From contig NW_013657672.1 in assembly GCF_000142905.1 (NCBI RefSeq), positions 562,437-609,142 of the forward strand: a DNA stretch of 46,706 bases, read 5' to 3'. Shown here piece by piece: positions 1 through 9,400 of this stretch (within the stretch, counting starts at the first letter, position 1; every line of letters starts with the position of its first letter). The stretch comes from Thecamonas trahens ATCC 50062. Taxonomy: Eukaryota; Protista; Apusomonadida. The notes below the pieces were generated by a model. That model was not told where the DNA came from. It ran no database searches and was given only the letters and a program-made list of their open reading frames with translations. Both the position numbers and the translations under genes were made by a program.

Positions 1-111
1 CACCTAGCCCTCTTCCACCCCCCCTCCCTTACCAAGACTCCACTCAAATTGCTACCATCTACCCATCTTTGCACTCCTCTCTGGCCCACGACCAGGCGGG
101 AGAGCACAGGG

Positions 112-1122
112 ATGGCAGCTGAGAGACCAGTGGCTTCGCTTCGTGGGCGACAAGTGTCTGATGATGATGTGGCGGGATTGTTGGGAAAGTATCCGGACAA
201 GGTGGCGCTGGTGAACACGCTGGCGGTGACGGACACGTCACTTGCAACGGTTGCTCGTCTGGCACGTGAGGCGGCGATGGAAGGCGATGGAAGCACGTTC
301 TGGAAGCTTCACTCTCTGCATGTCGAAGGGAGCAAGGTCTCTGATGTCGGTCTTAATCTCCTTGCTCGTGCACCGCTTCCTGTCCTCTCTGAGCTCTCCA
401 TCGCTTGGGCATCGCGGGTCACCGACAAGGGCATCTCCTCGCTGGTCAGCTGGGAGCCAAAGCCGGACAAGCTGACATCACTCTCGCTCGCTGGCTGCAC
501 CAAGATCACCGATGCGGGCCTCATTGACGTTGTTGACGCCTTTCCCAACCTCACGGCTCTTGATCTTACCGCATGCCGCAACATCACAGACTCTGGCCTC
601 TCGGCGCTCGCTGCTCGCGGCGCTGTCCGTCTCCGTCGCCTTGTTCTCCGTGGCTGCGCGAGCGTGTCGGACGAGGGCGTATGCAACGTCATTCGCGCCG
701 CCGGGTCACTCACCAAGCTCGATCTCCACGGTTGCCGTAAGATATCCGATGCTGTCGCCACCGCGCTCAAGTCGTACACGCCGCGGTTGGGCGAGCTGGT
801 CCTCGACGGCTGCGTCCGCCTCACCGACGCCACCCCTGCAGCGCTAGCGGCTGGCTGCCCTCGACTGACGGCGCTAGATCTCTCTGGCCTGCGCCATCTG
901 ACCGATGCCGGCCTGGCCTCGTTGGCCGGCAAGACCAAGGCGCTGGCGCAGCTCTCGCTCCGATGGTGCCCGGGAGTGACTGACGACGGCCTTTCCGCGC
1001 TCGTCCGTGCCAGCCCCAAGCTGACCTCGCTCCACATCCCGGGCTGCACGCGGGTTGGCGACGCGACGCTATGTGCGTTAGGCTCGGCGGCGCCGCGGCT
1101 ACAGCATCTGGACGTCCAGAGC
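112..1122 (+). CDS. Partial duplicate of the Cys-containing LRR (FBXL/AMN1-like) gene, cut by an assembly gap
   Basis: Positions 1-1122 match 4561-5681 at a constant offset of 4560 with only a few substitutions. ATG at 112 (MAAERP...). Runs into Ns at 1123. Confidence 0.6.
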
Positions 1123-1420
1123 NNNNNNNNNNNNNNNNNNNNNNNNNNNNNNNNNNNNNNNNNNNNNNNNNNNNNNNNNNNNNNNNNNNNNNNNNNNNNN
1201 NNNNNNNNNNNNNNNNNNNNNNNNNNNNNNNNNNNNNNNNNNNNNNNNNNNNNNNNNNNNNNNNNNNNNNNNNNNNNNNNNNNNNNNNNNNNNNNNNNNN
1301 NNNNNNNNNNNNNNNNNNNNNNNNNNNNNNNNNNNNNNNNNNNNNNNNNNNNNNNNNNNNNNNNNNNNNNNNNNNNNNNNNNNNNNNNNNNNNNNNNNNN
1401 NNNNNNNNNNNNNNNNNNNN
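1123..1420. other. Assembly gap
   Basis: Run of N. Confidence 1.
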
Positions 1421-2472
1421 CGTGTCGGACGAGGGCGTATGCAACGTCATTCGCGCCGCCGGGTCACTCACCAAGCTCGATCTCCACGGTTGCCGTAAGA
1501 TATCCGATGCTGTCGCCACCGCGCTCAAGTCGTACACGCCGCGGTTGGGCGAGCTGGTCCTCGACGGCTGCGTCCGCCTCACCGACGCCACCCCTGCAGC
1601 GCTAGCGGCTGGCTGCCCTCGACTGACGGCGCTAGATCTCTCTGGCCTGCGCCATCTGACCGATGCTGGCCTGGCCTCGTTGGCCGGCAAGACCAAGGCG
1701 CTGGCGCAGCTCTCGCTCCGATGGTGCGCGGGAGTGACTGACGACGGCCTTTCCGCGCTCGTCCGTGCCAGCCCCAAGCTGACCTCGCTCCACATCCCGG
1801 GCTGCACGCGGGTTGGCGACGCGACGCTATGTGCGTTAGGCTCGGCGGCAATTAAAGAATTCTATCGCCTATTCCTTGCTCGTGCACCGCTTCCTGTCCT
1901 CTCTGAGCTCTCCATCGCTTGGGCATCGCGGGTTACCGACAAGGGCATCTCCTCGCTGGTCAGCTGGGAGCCAAAGCCGGACAAGCTGACATCACTCTCG
2001 CTCGCTGGCTGCACCAAGATCACCGATGCGGGCCTCATTGACGTTGTTGACGCCTTTCCCAACCTCACGGCTCTTGATCTTACCGCATGCCGCAACATCA
2101 CAGACTCTGGCCTCTCGGCGCTCGCTGCTCGCGGCGCTGTCCGTCTCCGTCGCCTTGTTCTCCGTGGCTGCGCGAGCGTGTCGGACGAGAGCGTATGCAA
2201 CGTCATTCGCGCCGCCGGGTCACTCACCAAGCTCGATCTCCACGGTTGCCGTAAGATATCCGATGCTGTCGCCACCGCGCTCAAGTCGTACACGCCGCGT
2301 TTGGGCGAGCTGGTCCTCGACGGCTGCGTCCGCCTCACCGACGCCACCCCTGCAGCGCTGGCGGCTGACTGCCCTCGACTGACGGCGCTAGATCTCTCTG
2401 GCCTGCGCCATCTGACCGATGCCGGCCTGGCCTCGTTGGCCGGCAAGACCAAGGCGCTGGCGCAGCTCTCGC
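1421..2472 (+). repeat. Two more internal fragments of the LRR gene (1421-1849 and ~1873-2472) joined out of order
   Basis: Near-identical to parts of 4920-5650. Joined by ~23 nt of unrelated sequence containing GAATTC and flanked by gaps on both sides. Confidence 0.8.
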
Positions 2473-2572
2473 NNNNNNNNNNNNNNNNNNNNNNNNNNNN
2501 NNNNNNNNNNNNNNNNNNNNNNNNNNNNNNNNNNNNNNNNNNNNNNNNNNNNNNNNNNNNNNNNNNNNNNNN
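2473..2572. other. Assembly gap followed by a poly-G run
   Basis: 100 N. Confidence 1.
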
Positions 2573-2608
2573 GGGGGGGGGGGGGTGAGGTGGCGGTCGG
2601 TGCTGTCG

Positions 2609-2678
2609 GTGCGGCGGGTTGTCACGGCCAGCTGCGTGCGGTGCGGCGGGTTGTCACGGCCAGCTGCGTGCGGTGCGG
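2609..2678. repeat. 32-bp tandem duplication just downstream of IFT57
   Basis: GTGCGGCGGGTTGTCACGGCCAGCTGCGTGCG occurs twice, plus a partial third copy. Confidence 0.85.
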
Positions 2679-2707
2679 TGGGTATATGTTTGCTGCTGAT
2701 ACGGCCG

Positions 2708-3883
2708 CTACGTCCGTCGGTTCTGGTCAGAGCGAAGAATTGCGTTCTCGGAGCGTGCCTTGAGCTGGTGTTGGAGGAGAAGGGCCTGGACGACGCCGAT
2801 ACGAACCTCCATCTCCTTGATCTCGGCCTGGAGGCCGGCTAGAGTCTCCTTGATGGTGACGATGGGCGAGGCATCGGCCATCGAGCCGGTCCGCGAGTCC
2901 ATGCGCGAGCGAAGCTCGTCGAGTTCGTGGGTGAGGTCGCGGAGCTGGGCAGTGAGGTTGGCCACCTCCTCGGAGGCGTGCTTGTAGCGGTCGGCCGTCT
3001 CCGACTCGGTCGCCGAGACCTGCGCATACTCTGCGAGCAGGTCCTCGAGCTGCGAGTTGATGTACTGCTCGCGCGAGGCAATCTTCTCCAGTAGGGCGTT
3101 GATGTCTGCCGCCAACCGGGTCAGCGAGCCGCACGTCGACTCGGTGATCTTGCCGACCTTGGCCCGGTTGCTCCGCATAGCGTCGAGGTGCGAGCGCCAC
3201 TCGTTCGACTCGGCGGCGACCACAAGCTTGAGCCGCGGGCCAAGCCGGTTGACTTCTTGCTTCCACGCTGCAGCGTCGGCCTCGGCTTGGGCCTGCGCAG
3301 CCGCGCTGGCGTCGGTTGTCGCCACGCCGGCGGCCCCGCCGAGTCGGCCCTCCAGGTACCCGACCTCGTCGTCCGACTCGGCCGAGACGTCGTCGAGGAG
3401 CGCGTCGTCGGCCACAACTTCCATGTCGTCGGCAACCTCGGCTTCCTCGGCCGCGTCCTCGGCTGGAAAGTGCGGCGCAATATAGTCAAAGCCGCGCGCC
3501 TTGAGCGCTGCGTCGGCCAGGCCCTCCAGCACTTCCAGCACGCCCTTACCGTGGCCGGCTAGCAACTTGCCAGGCGCCACCGAGACCTTGACGCCCAGAT
3601 TTCCCGCAGCAACGACCACGTTGGACGCCACCACGTTGGGATCGGCAAACTCGTCCGGCTCGTTCATCGAGCCGCCTGCCTCGCCGGCCAGCCACGCTGC
3701 AAGGGCGGCAAAGTACGAGAACTGCTCGCCCGCTGTCCCAGCTTTGGCCGTAAAGTACAGCCTCGGCACCAGCCCACGCGATCGCGGCACTGCAAACCGC
3801 GGATAGTACTCGAGCGCATGCAGCTTGTCCAGCAGCCGGTCCATACGCACATACGCATCGTCCTGTCCGCCCGCATTTGCCAT
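2708..3883 (-). CDS. IFT57: Intraflagellar transport protein 57 (IFT57/HIPPI)
   Basis: Family motifs MDRLLDKLHALEY, GEQFSYFAALAAWL, EFADPN, WKQEVNRLGPRLK, EWRSHL, LEKIASREQYIN, and a C-terminal coiled coil ending MEVRIGVV. The start codon is uncertain. Confidence 0.9.
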   Translation of the reverse strand: MANAGGQDDAYVRMDRLLDKLHALEYYPRFAVPRSRGLVPRLYFTAKAGTAGEQFSYFAALAAWLAGEAGGSMNEPDEFADPNVVASNVVVAAGNLGVKVSVAPGKLLAGHGKGVLEVLEGLADAALKARGFDYIAPHFPAEDAAEEAEVADDMEVVADDALLDDVSAESDDEVGYLEGRLGGAAGVATTDASAAAQAQAEADAAAWKQEVNRLGPRLKLVVAAESNEWRSHLDAMRSNRAKVGKITESTCGSLTRLAADINALLEKIASREQYINSQLEDLLAEYAQVSATESETADRYKHASEEVANLTAQLRDLTHELDELRSRMDSRTGSMADASPIVTIKETLAGLQAEIKEMEVRIGVVQALLLQHQLKARSENAILRSDQNRRT

Positions 3884-4671
3884 GTGAGTCGCACACCCTC
3901 CACGCCCTGCCGCCACCATGCCATCCATCCATCACCTGCACTCCATCTCGTGCACTCCATCCAGCAACCCAATCGGCTTGACTGAGAGCACACCGCCTTT
4001 CATTCATGTCGTCATCGGCTGCAGTGTTTGGCCTGTCTCGCCCGGCGGGGGGGAGTGTGCCGGGGGAGGCCGAAGGTGGTAAGGAGAAGGCTAAGGGGGG
4101 GGGGGGGGGGGGGGGAGCCAGGTGCATATGAGGGGTGGGAGAGTGGACGTACCCCGCCTACGCCGTCGTCTGCCATGGTCGACGTGCGAGAGAGGTGGCG
4201 TGTATAAACCTGGTGGCTTCTTGCTCCCTCCTGCTGGCGGGGTTGGGGAGGAGGCGCGGGTTGGCGCGGGAACCGAGCCGAGGAGGGAGGTGATGGGGGG
4301 TGGGGGGGGTGGGGTGATGAAAAATATTTATGTTGCCACCGTACCATTCCTCATACCCAAGCAGCAACTCACTCTCCTCCCTCTAGCTCAATGCCAGCTG
4401 AACAAGCCAACGCCTACCGCTCCTCCAACGAGAACGTGCTCCTCTCACAATGTTCACTCTTCTGCCCACGCCAGCAGCGAGTCCAAACCGGCGTCCCAGC
4501 TCAAGTCCCCCCCCCCCTCCCCCACCCCCCACCCCCCCCCGTAAAAAAAAGAAATATTGACACCTAGCCCTCTTCCACCCCCCCTCCCTTACCAAGACTC
4601 CACTCAAATTGTCGCCATCTACCCATCTTTGCACTCCTCTCTGGCCCACGACCAGGCGGGAGAGCACAGGG

Positions 4672-6222
4672 ATGGCAGCTGAGAGACCAGTGGCTTCGCT
4701 TCGTGGGCGACAAGTGTCTGATGATGATGTGGCGGGATTGTTGGGAAAGTATCCGGACAAGGTGGCGCTGGTGAACACGCTGGCGGTGACGGACACGTCA
4801 CTTGCAACGGTTGCTCGTCTGGCACGTGAGGCGGCGATGGAAGGCGATGGAAGCACGTTCTGGAAGCTTCACTCTCTGCATGTCGAAGGGAGCAAGGTCT
4901 CTGATGTCGGTCTTAATCTCCTTGCTCGTGCACCGCTTCCTGTCCTCTCTGAGCTCTCCATCGCTTGGGCATCGCGGGTCACCGACAAGGGCATCTCCTC
5001 GCTGGTCAGCTGGGAGCCAAAGCCGGACAAGCTGACATCACTCTCGCTCGCTGGCTGCACCAAGATCACCGATGCGGGCCTCATTGACGTTGTTGACGCC
5101 TTTCCCAACCTCACGGCTCTTGATCTTACCGCATGCCGCAACATCACAGACTCTGGCCTCTCGGCGCTCGCTGCTCGCGGCGCTGTCCGTCTCCGTCGCC
5201 TTGTTCTCCGTGGCTGCGCGAGCGTGTCGGACGAGAGCGTATGCAACGTCATTCGCGCCGCCGGGTCACTCACCAAGCTCGATCTCCACGGTTGCCGTAA
5301 GATATCCGATGCTGTCGCCACCGCGCTCAAGTCGTACACGCCGCGTTTGGGCGAGCTGGTCCTCGACGGCTGCGTCCGCCTCACCGACGCCACCCCTGCA
5401 GCGCTGGCGGCTGACTGCCCTCGACTGACGGCGCTAGATCTCTCTGGCCTGCGCCATCTGACCGATGCCGGCCTGGCCTCGTTGGCCGGCAAGACCAAGG
5501 CGCTGGCGCAGCTCTCGCTCCGATGGTGCCCGGGAGTGACCGACGACGGCCTTTCCGCGCTCGTCCGTGCCAGCCCCAAGCTGACCTCGCTCCACATCCC
5601 GGGCTGCACGCGGGTCGGCGACGCGACGCTATGTGCGTTAGGCTCGGCGGCGCCGCGGCTACAGCATCTGGACGTCCAGAGGTGCGAAGGCGCGACCGAC
5701 GCCGGCCTCGCCGCGGTGGCCGCCGGCTGCCCAGACCTGGCCTCGGTCTCGATAGCCGAGTGCCAGATCGGGCCCGAGGGCCTCGCCGCGCTTGCCCGCG
5801 AAGTGAGCAAACTGAGGTCGCTGACCATTGTCGGGTGCACTGCTGCGACCGACGACGCGGTCGTGGCGCTTGTCGCGGCGTCGCCGGGCCTCGTCGAGCT
5901 CGATGTCTCCAAGTGTCCGGCGCTCACCGACGAGGTTGTCGATGCCGTCGCCGGATCCTGCCACCTGCTTGAGCGGCTCCGGCTCGCTGACTGCTTTGTC
6001 ACTGACACGCCGCTAGCTGATCTCGCTCGCAGCTGCACTGCACTGCGCACGCTCGATCTCTCGCGGACCGCCATCACCGGCGATGGTCTGCTCGCCCTCG
6101 CCGGCCACCCTGCCCTCGCCGAGCTCCTCATCACTGGCTGTGACCTGCTCGATCCCGATGAGCCCAAGGCCAAGCTCATCAGCGAGTCGCCCATCGACGG
6201 GTTCTGTGTTCTCGGACCGTAG
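4672..6222 (+). CDS. Cys-containing leucine-rich repeat protein (FBXL/AMN1-like LRR_CC repeats), intact copy; no clear F-box
   Basis: Many LxxLxLxxCxxITDxGL repeats across an uninterrupted ORF. Divergent from IFT57. Confidence 0.85.
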   Translation: MAAERPVASLRGRQVSDDDVAGLLGKYPDKVALVNTLAVTDTSLATVARLAREAAMEGDGSTFWKLHSLHVEGSKVSDVGLNLLARAPLPVLSELSIAWASRVTDKGISSLVSWEPKPDKLTSLSLAGCTKITDAGLIDVVDAFPNLTALDLTACRNITDSGLSALAARGAVRLRRLVLRGCASVSDESVCNVIRAAGSLTKLDLHGCRKISDAVATALKSYTPRLGELVLDGCVRLTDATPAALAADCPRLTALDLSGLRHLTDAGLASLAGKTKALAQLSLRWCPGVTDDGLSALVRASPKLTSLHIPGCTRVGDATLCALGSAAPRLQHLDVQRCEGATDAGLAAVAAGCPDLASVSIAECQIGPEGLAALAREVSKLRSLTIVGCTAATDDAVVALVAASPGLVELDVSKCPALTDEVVDAVAGSCHLLERLRLADCFVTDTPLADLARSCTALRTLDLSRTAITGDGLLALAGHPALAELLITGCDLLDPDEPKAKLISESPIDGFCVLGP

Positions 6223-6271
6223 CCCTTCTCAAAGCAAACAGAGACAGCCGCTCGTCATCCGCTTGTTTGGC

Positions 6272-6334
6272 AGACGGCCACAGCCATTGCGACGGCGACG
6301 GCGACTGCCACGGCCACGGTGACGGCGACGGCCA
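6272..6334. repeat. Degenerate hexamer repeat (GACGGC/CACGGC) in the 3' flank of the LRR gene
   Basis: Seen directly in the sequence. Confidence 0.5.
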
Positions 6335-6417
6335 CTTGTCTCGCCACGACTCTGCCACCATGTTCACCACCACCTGGATGCCGACGCCCCCCGGCCCATT
6401 TCCACTCCCTCTACCCG

Positions 6418-9400
6418 TCACCTTGTGGCGGCATCCGTCTCTGAAGTCATGCCCTCCCCTCCTGTTGTGGGGGCGTGCTCAACTCGGTCGACGCCGCGGG
6501 ATCCGCAGACGGCCACGGCTCGGCCACTGCGGGCGCGATCGAGAGAGCCACTGTCGAGCTGGGCGATAGCGCAAGCGCGATAGCTGCAGACAGCGGGCAG
6601 GGTGGGCATGGGCAAGGTATGAGACAGGTCGATGATGAAATCGGTGGCGAGTCCGGCGCTGGATGGGGTCTGGGGAAGACCGGCAAGGTTCTGCTCGGGT
6701 GTGCTGCGGTGACTGGGGTTATGGCTGCGCTCGCCGCGCCGTTTCTCACGCCGGTCTTTCGCAAGTTTACTATTCCGTATGTGCCAGCAGCTCCGACACA
6801 GGTTCGGATGGTGCTGGATCAGATCCCGCGGCTGGACAAGGGCGCGCGGGTGGTTGATCTGGGTTCGGGCGACGGGCGGGTGGTCATTGCGGCTGCCAAG
6901 CGTGGGGCGATGGCGACCGGGTACGAGATCAACTACTGGCTGGTGCTGTACTCGCGGTGGCGAGCGTGGCGCGAGGGCGTGTGGGCGCAGACGACGTTCC
7001 GCAAGGCTGATCTGTGGAAGACCGACCTCTCTGGCTTTGACGCCATCGTCGTCTTTGGCGTTGCCGAGATGCTGGCCCAGATGGAGTCCAAGCTCAAGGC
7101 CGAACTTGCCGACAACGCCCAGGTCATTGCCTGCCGGTTCAAGATGCCCAACTGGGACCCGGTTGTGACTATCGAGAAGGATCATCTCCATTCGGTCTGG
7201 GTCTACACCCGCGACTCGATCAACGAGGCCACCGGCCAGGAGAAGGACACTTTTAGGCGAATGCTGTCCTGCGCCCCACACATATGATCCAGCGTCGGCG
7301 CCAGCGTCGTCCACCTCGCCGCCGTACACCACGTCGTGCGCTGGATGGATGCCTTGGTATTCGTCGTGAAGCACACAGGTGTATCGCGGCCGGATCGATG
7401 AGGTGTGTCCGGTGGCGAGCGACGAGGGCGGGGCAAAGGCAAAGGCGGCCTTGGTCTCCTCCGACGAGGCCAGTGCGACTTGGTACGGATCAATCGCCGC
7501 CGCGGCCGCCCGCGCCGCCACCATCGCCCGCCGCCGGGTCGCTGCTACCTCGGCGGCGCTCGCCTCGATGCCCACCAGGTCGAGTTGCGGGTTCGACAGC
7601 GCCCGCGCATCGGTCTCCACAAACAGCGGCGAGTCGACGTTGCTCGACGACGACGCCCGCGGCAACTCGCCAAACTTGAGCGTGCACTTGAGGACTCGTG
7701 TGCTGCTGCGGATCTCGGCGTCGTCAAGCACCCGGTACATGGCGGCCTTTTCGGCCCGGATCGCCTTGTCGGACTTGCCCTCCTCGATCCAGGTAAACCC
7801 GAGCGTGTTCTCGTCGCTGTGTCCGCTCCCACGAGCGCCGTCATGGCCAGCGACGCGGCAGCCATGGTCAGGAGCGACGGCCTCGCTCTCGCCGCTGGAC
7901 GAGCTGCTACCATCAAAGTCGCCGTCGACAGGCATGAGCTGAAAGAGCTGCTCTTCGGGCGCGATGGCGGTTCCGCGCTTTCGCCTTTTCCACTTGGACG
8001 TGTGCGTCGCCGCCAGCAGGTGGTTGGTGTCCGGCGCGGCGGCAACGACTCCAGCGCCGAGGGCGCTCATGGCCAGCGCCGACTTGCCGTCGCCTTCACG
8101 CCGCGCGTAGGCACGCGCAACAACCGAGCCTCGGGCAAGCAAGTGGTCCGGCAAAGGAGCTTCGGCGTCGAGGCCGTGCGCCAGACGGAGCGAGGCCTCG
8201 TACTCGCGCTGGGCGCGCAGGATGACGTTGGGCATCTTTGCCAGTCGCTCCACATCCATCTCGGCGTGGTCGCGGTACCGCAGCGTCCGCCCGTGGTGCT
8301 GCAGCGTAGACGACGAGAAGAGCGAGGCCGTTGTCAAAGCCGCCGAGTTGTCACAGCCCCACATGGTGGTCTGACCAAACACCCCGATGCGTTCGAGGAC
8401 GTAGCTTGGTTTGCTCCGCTGCGGACCAAAGACGGCCTTGCGGAGCTGGAAAACGCCAACCCGCCCGTCGCTTGAGCCGACGAGTACCGCGGTTGTGTGA
8501 GTGGGATGCTCCTCAGACGCGACGTAGACGAGGTCTTCGATGCTGGCCGTGCTCGCTTGGCAGCTGTCGTGCAGCAACAGGCCTGTTGCGGCGCGGCGGA
8601 CCCGCAGGCCGTACACCCGAACACGGCCGAGGGTGTCGCCGACGAGCAAGAGGCTTGCCGACGGCCCGGCCCGGGTGATGGTCTTGATGCACTGGCCAGG
8701 CACCGGCGACGGCTCTGCGGCGACGACCTCGGCCCGGCGCGAGGCATCAAACTGCCAAATCCTTAGCACTCCGTCGGCGCCGCCAGACGCAAGCATGGCA
8801 CCTGCGAGGACGCGCGAGTACTTGCTCGGTGGGCGGACAAAAGAGAGCGCGTGCTGCGCCATGGACTCCATCAGCTCGCACATGGCGGTCGGATCGGGCG
8901 AGTTCTCCACAGCCGCCGCCGCCGCATCGTGTTCCGGAGCGCGGATCCGCGCCAGGAGCTGGTGGGAGTGGACGTGCCAAACCATGATGTACCCGTCGTA
9001 CGCACCCGTGGCGATGAGGTTGGGGAGGCAGACGTCGAGCGCAAGGACGTCGTCAGAATGGCTGTCGGACGGCGGCACGGCTTGCCCGCCCAAGCTGGTG
9101 GTCACGAGACGACCAGCCCGCGGAGACGGCCGCGAGCGACTTGTATCTGGCGGGGCGGGGAGCTTGATGTGGCGGTCGGCCACGAAAAAGGCCTCAAGCG
9201 CAGCAACCTGGTCGGCTTTGCGCTTGGCCTCCGCCGATGCGGCACCGGCCGAAGGCGGCATCTCCGCCCAGACCAAGTTGCACACCGAGATCGCGGCATC
9301 CTTCCACACTTCGATCCGCCGATTCCAGCCCGTCCCGACAATGTAAAGCTTGTCGTCGGGTGAGGCACCGGATGCGGTGTCTGCAACAATGCCAGAGCCG

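Noticed and set aside
2609-2678. CRISPR-like 32-bp repeat
   Set aside because: The copies are directly adjacent with no spacers or cas genes, in a eukaryotic context.
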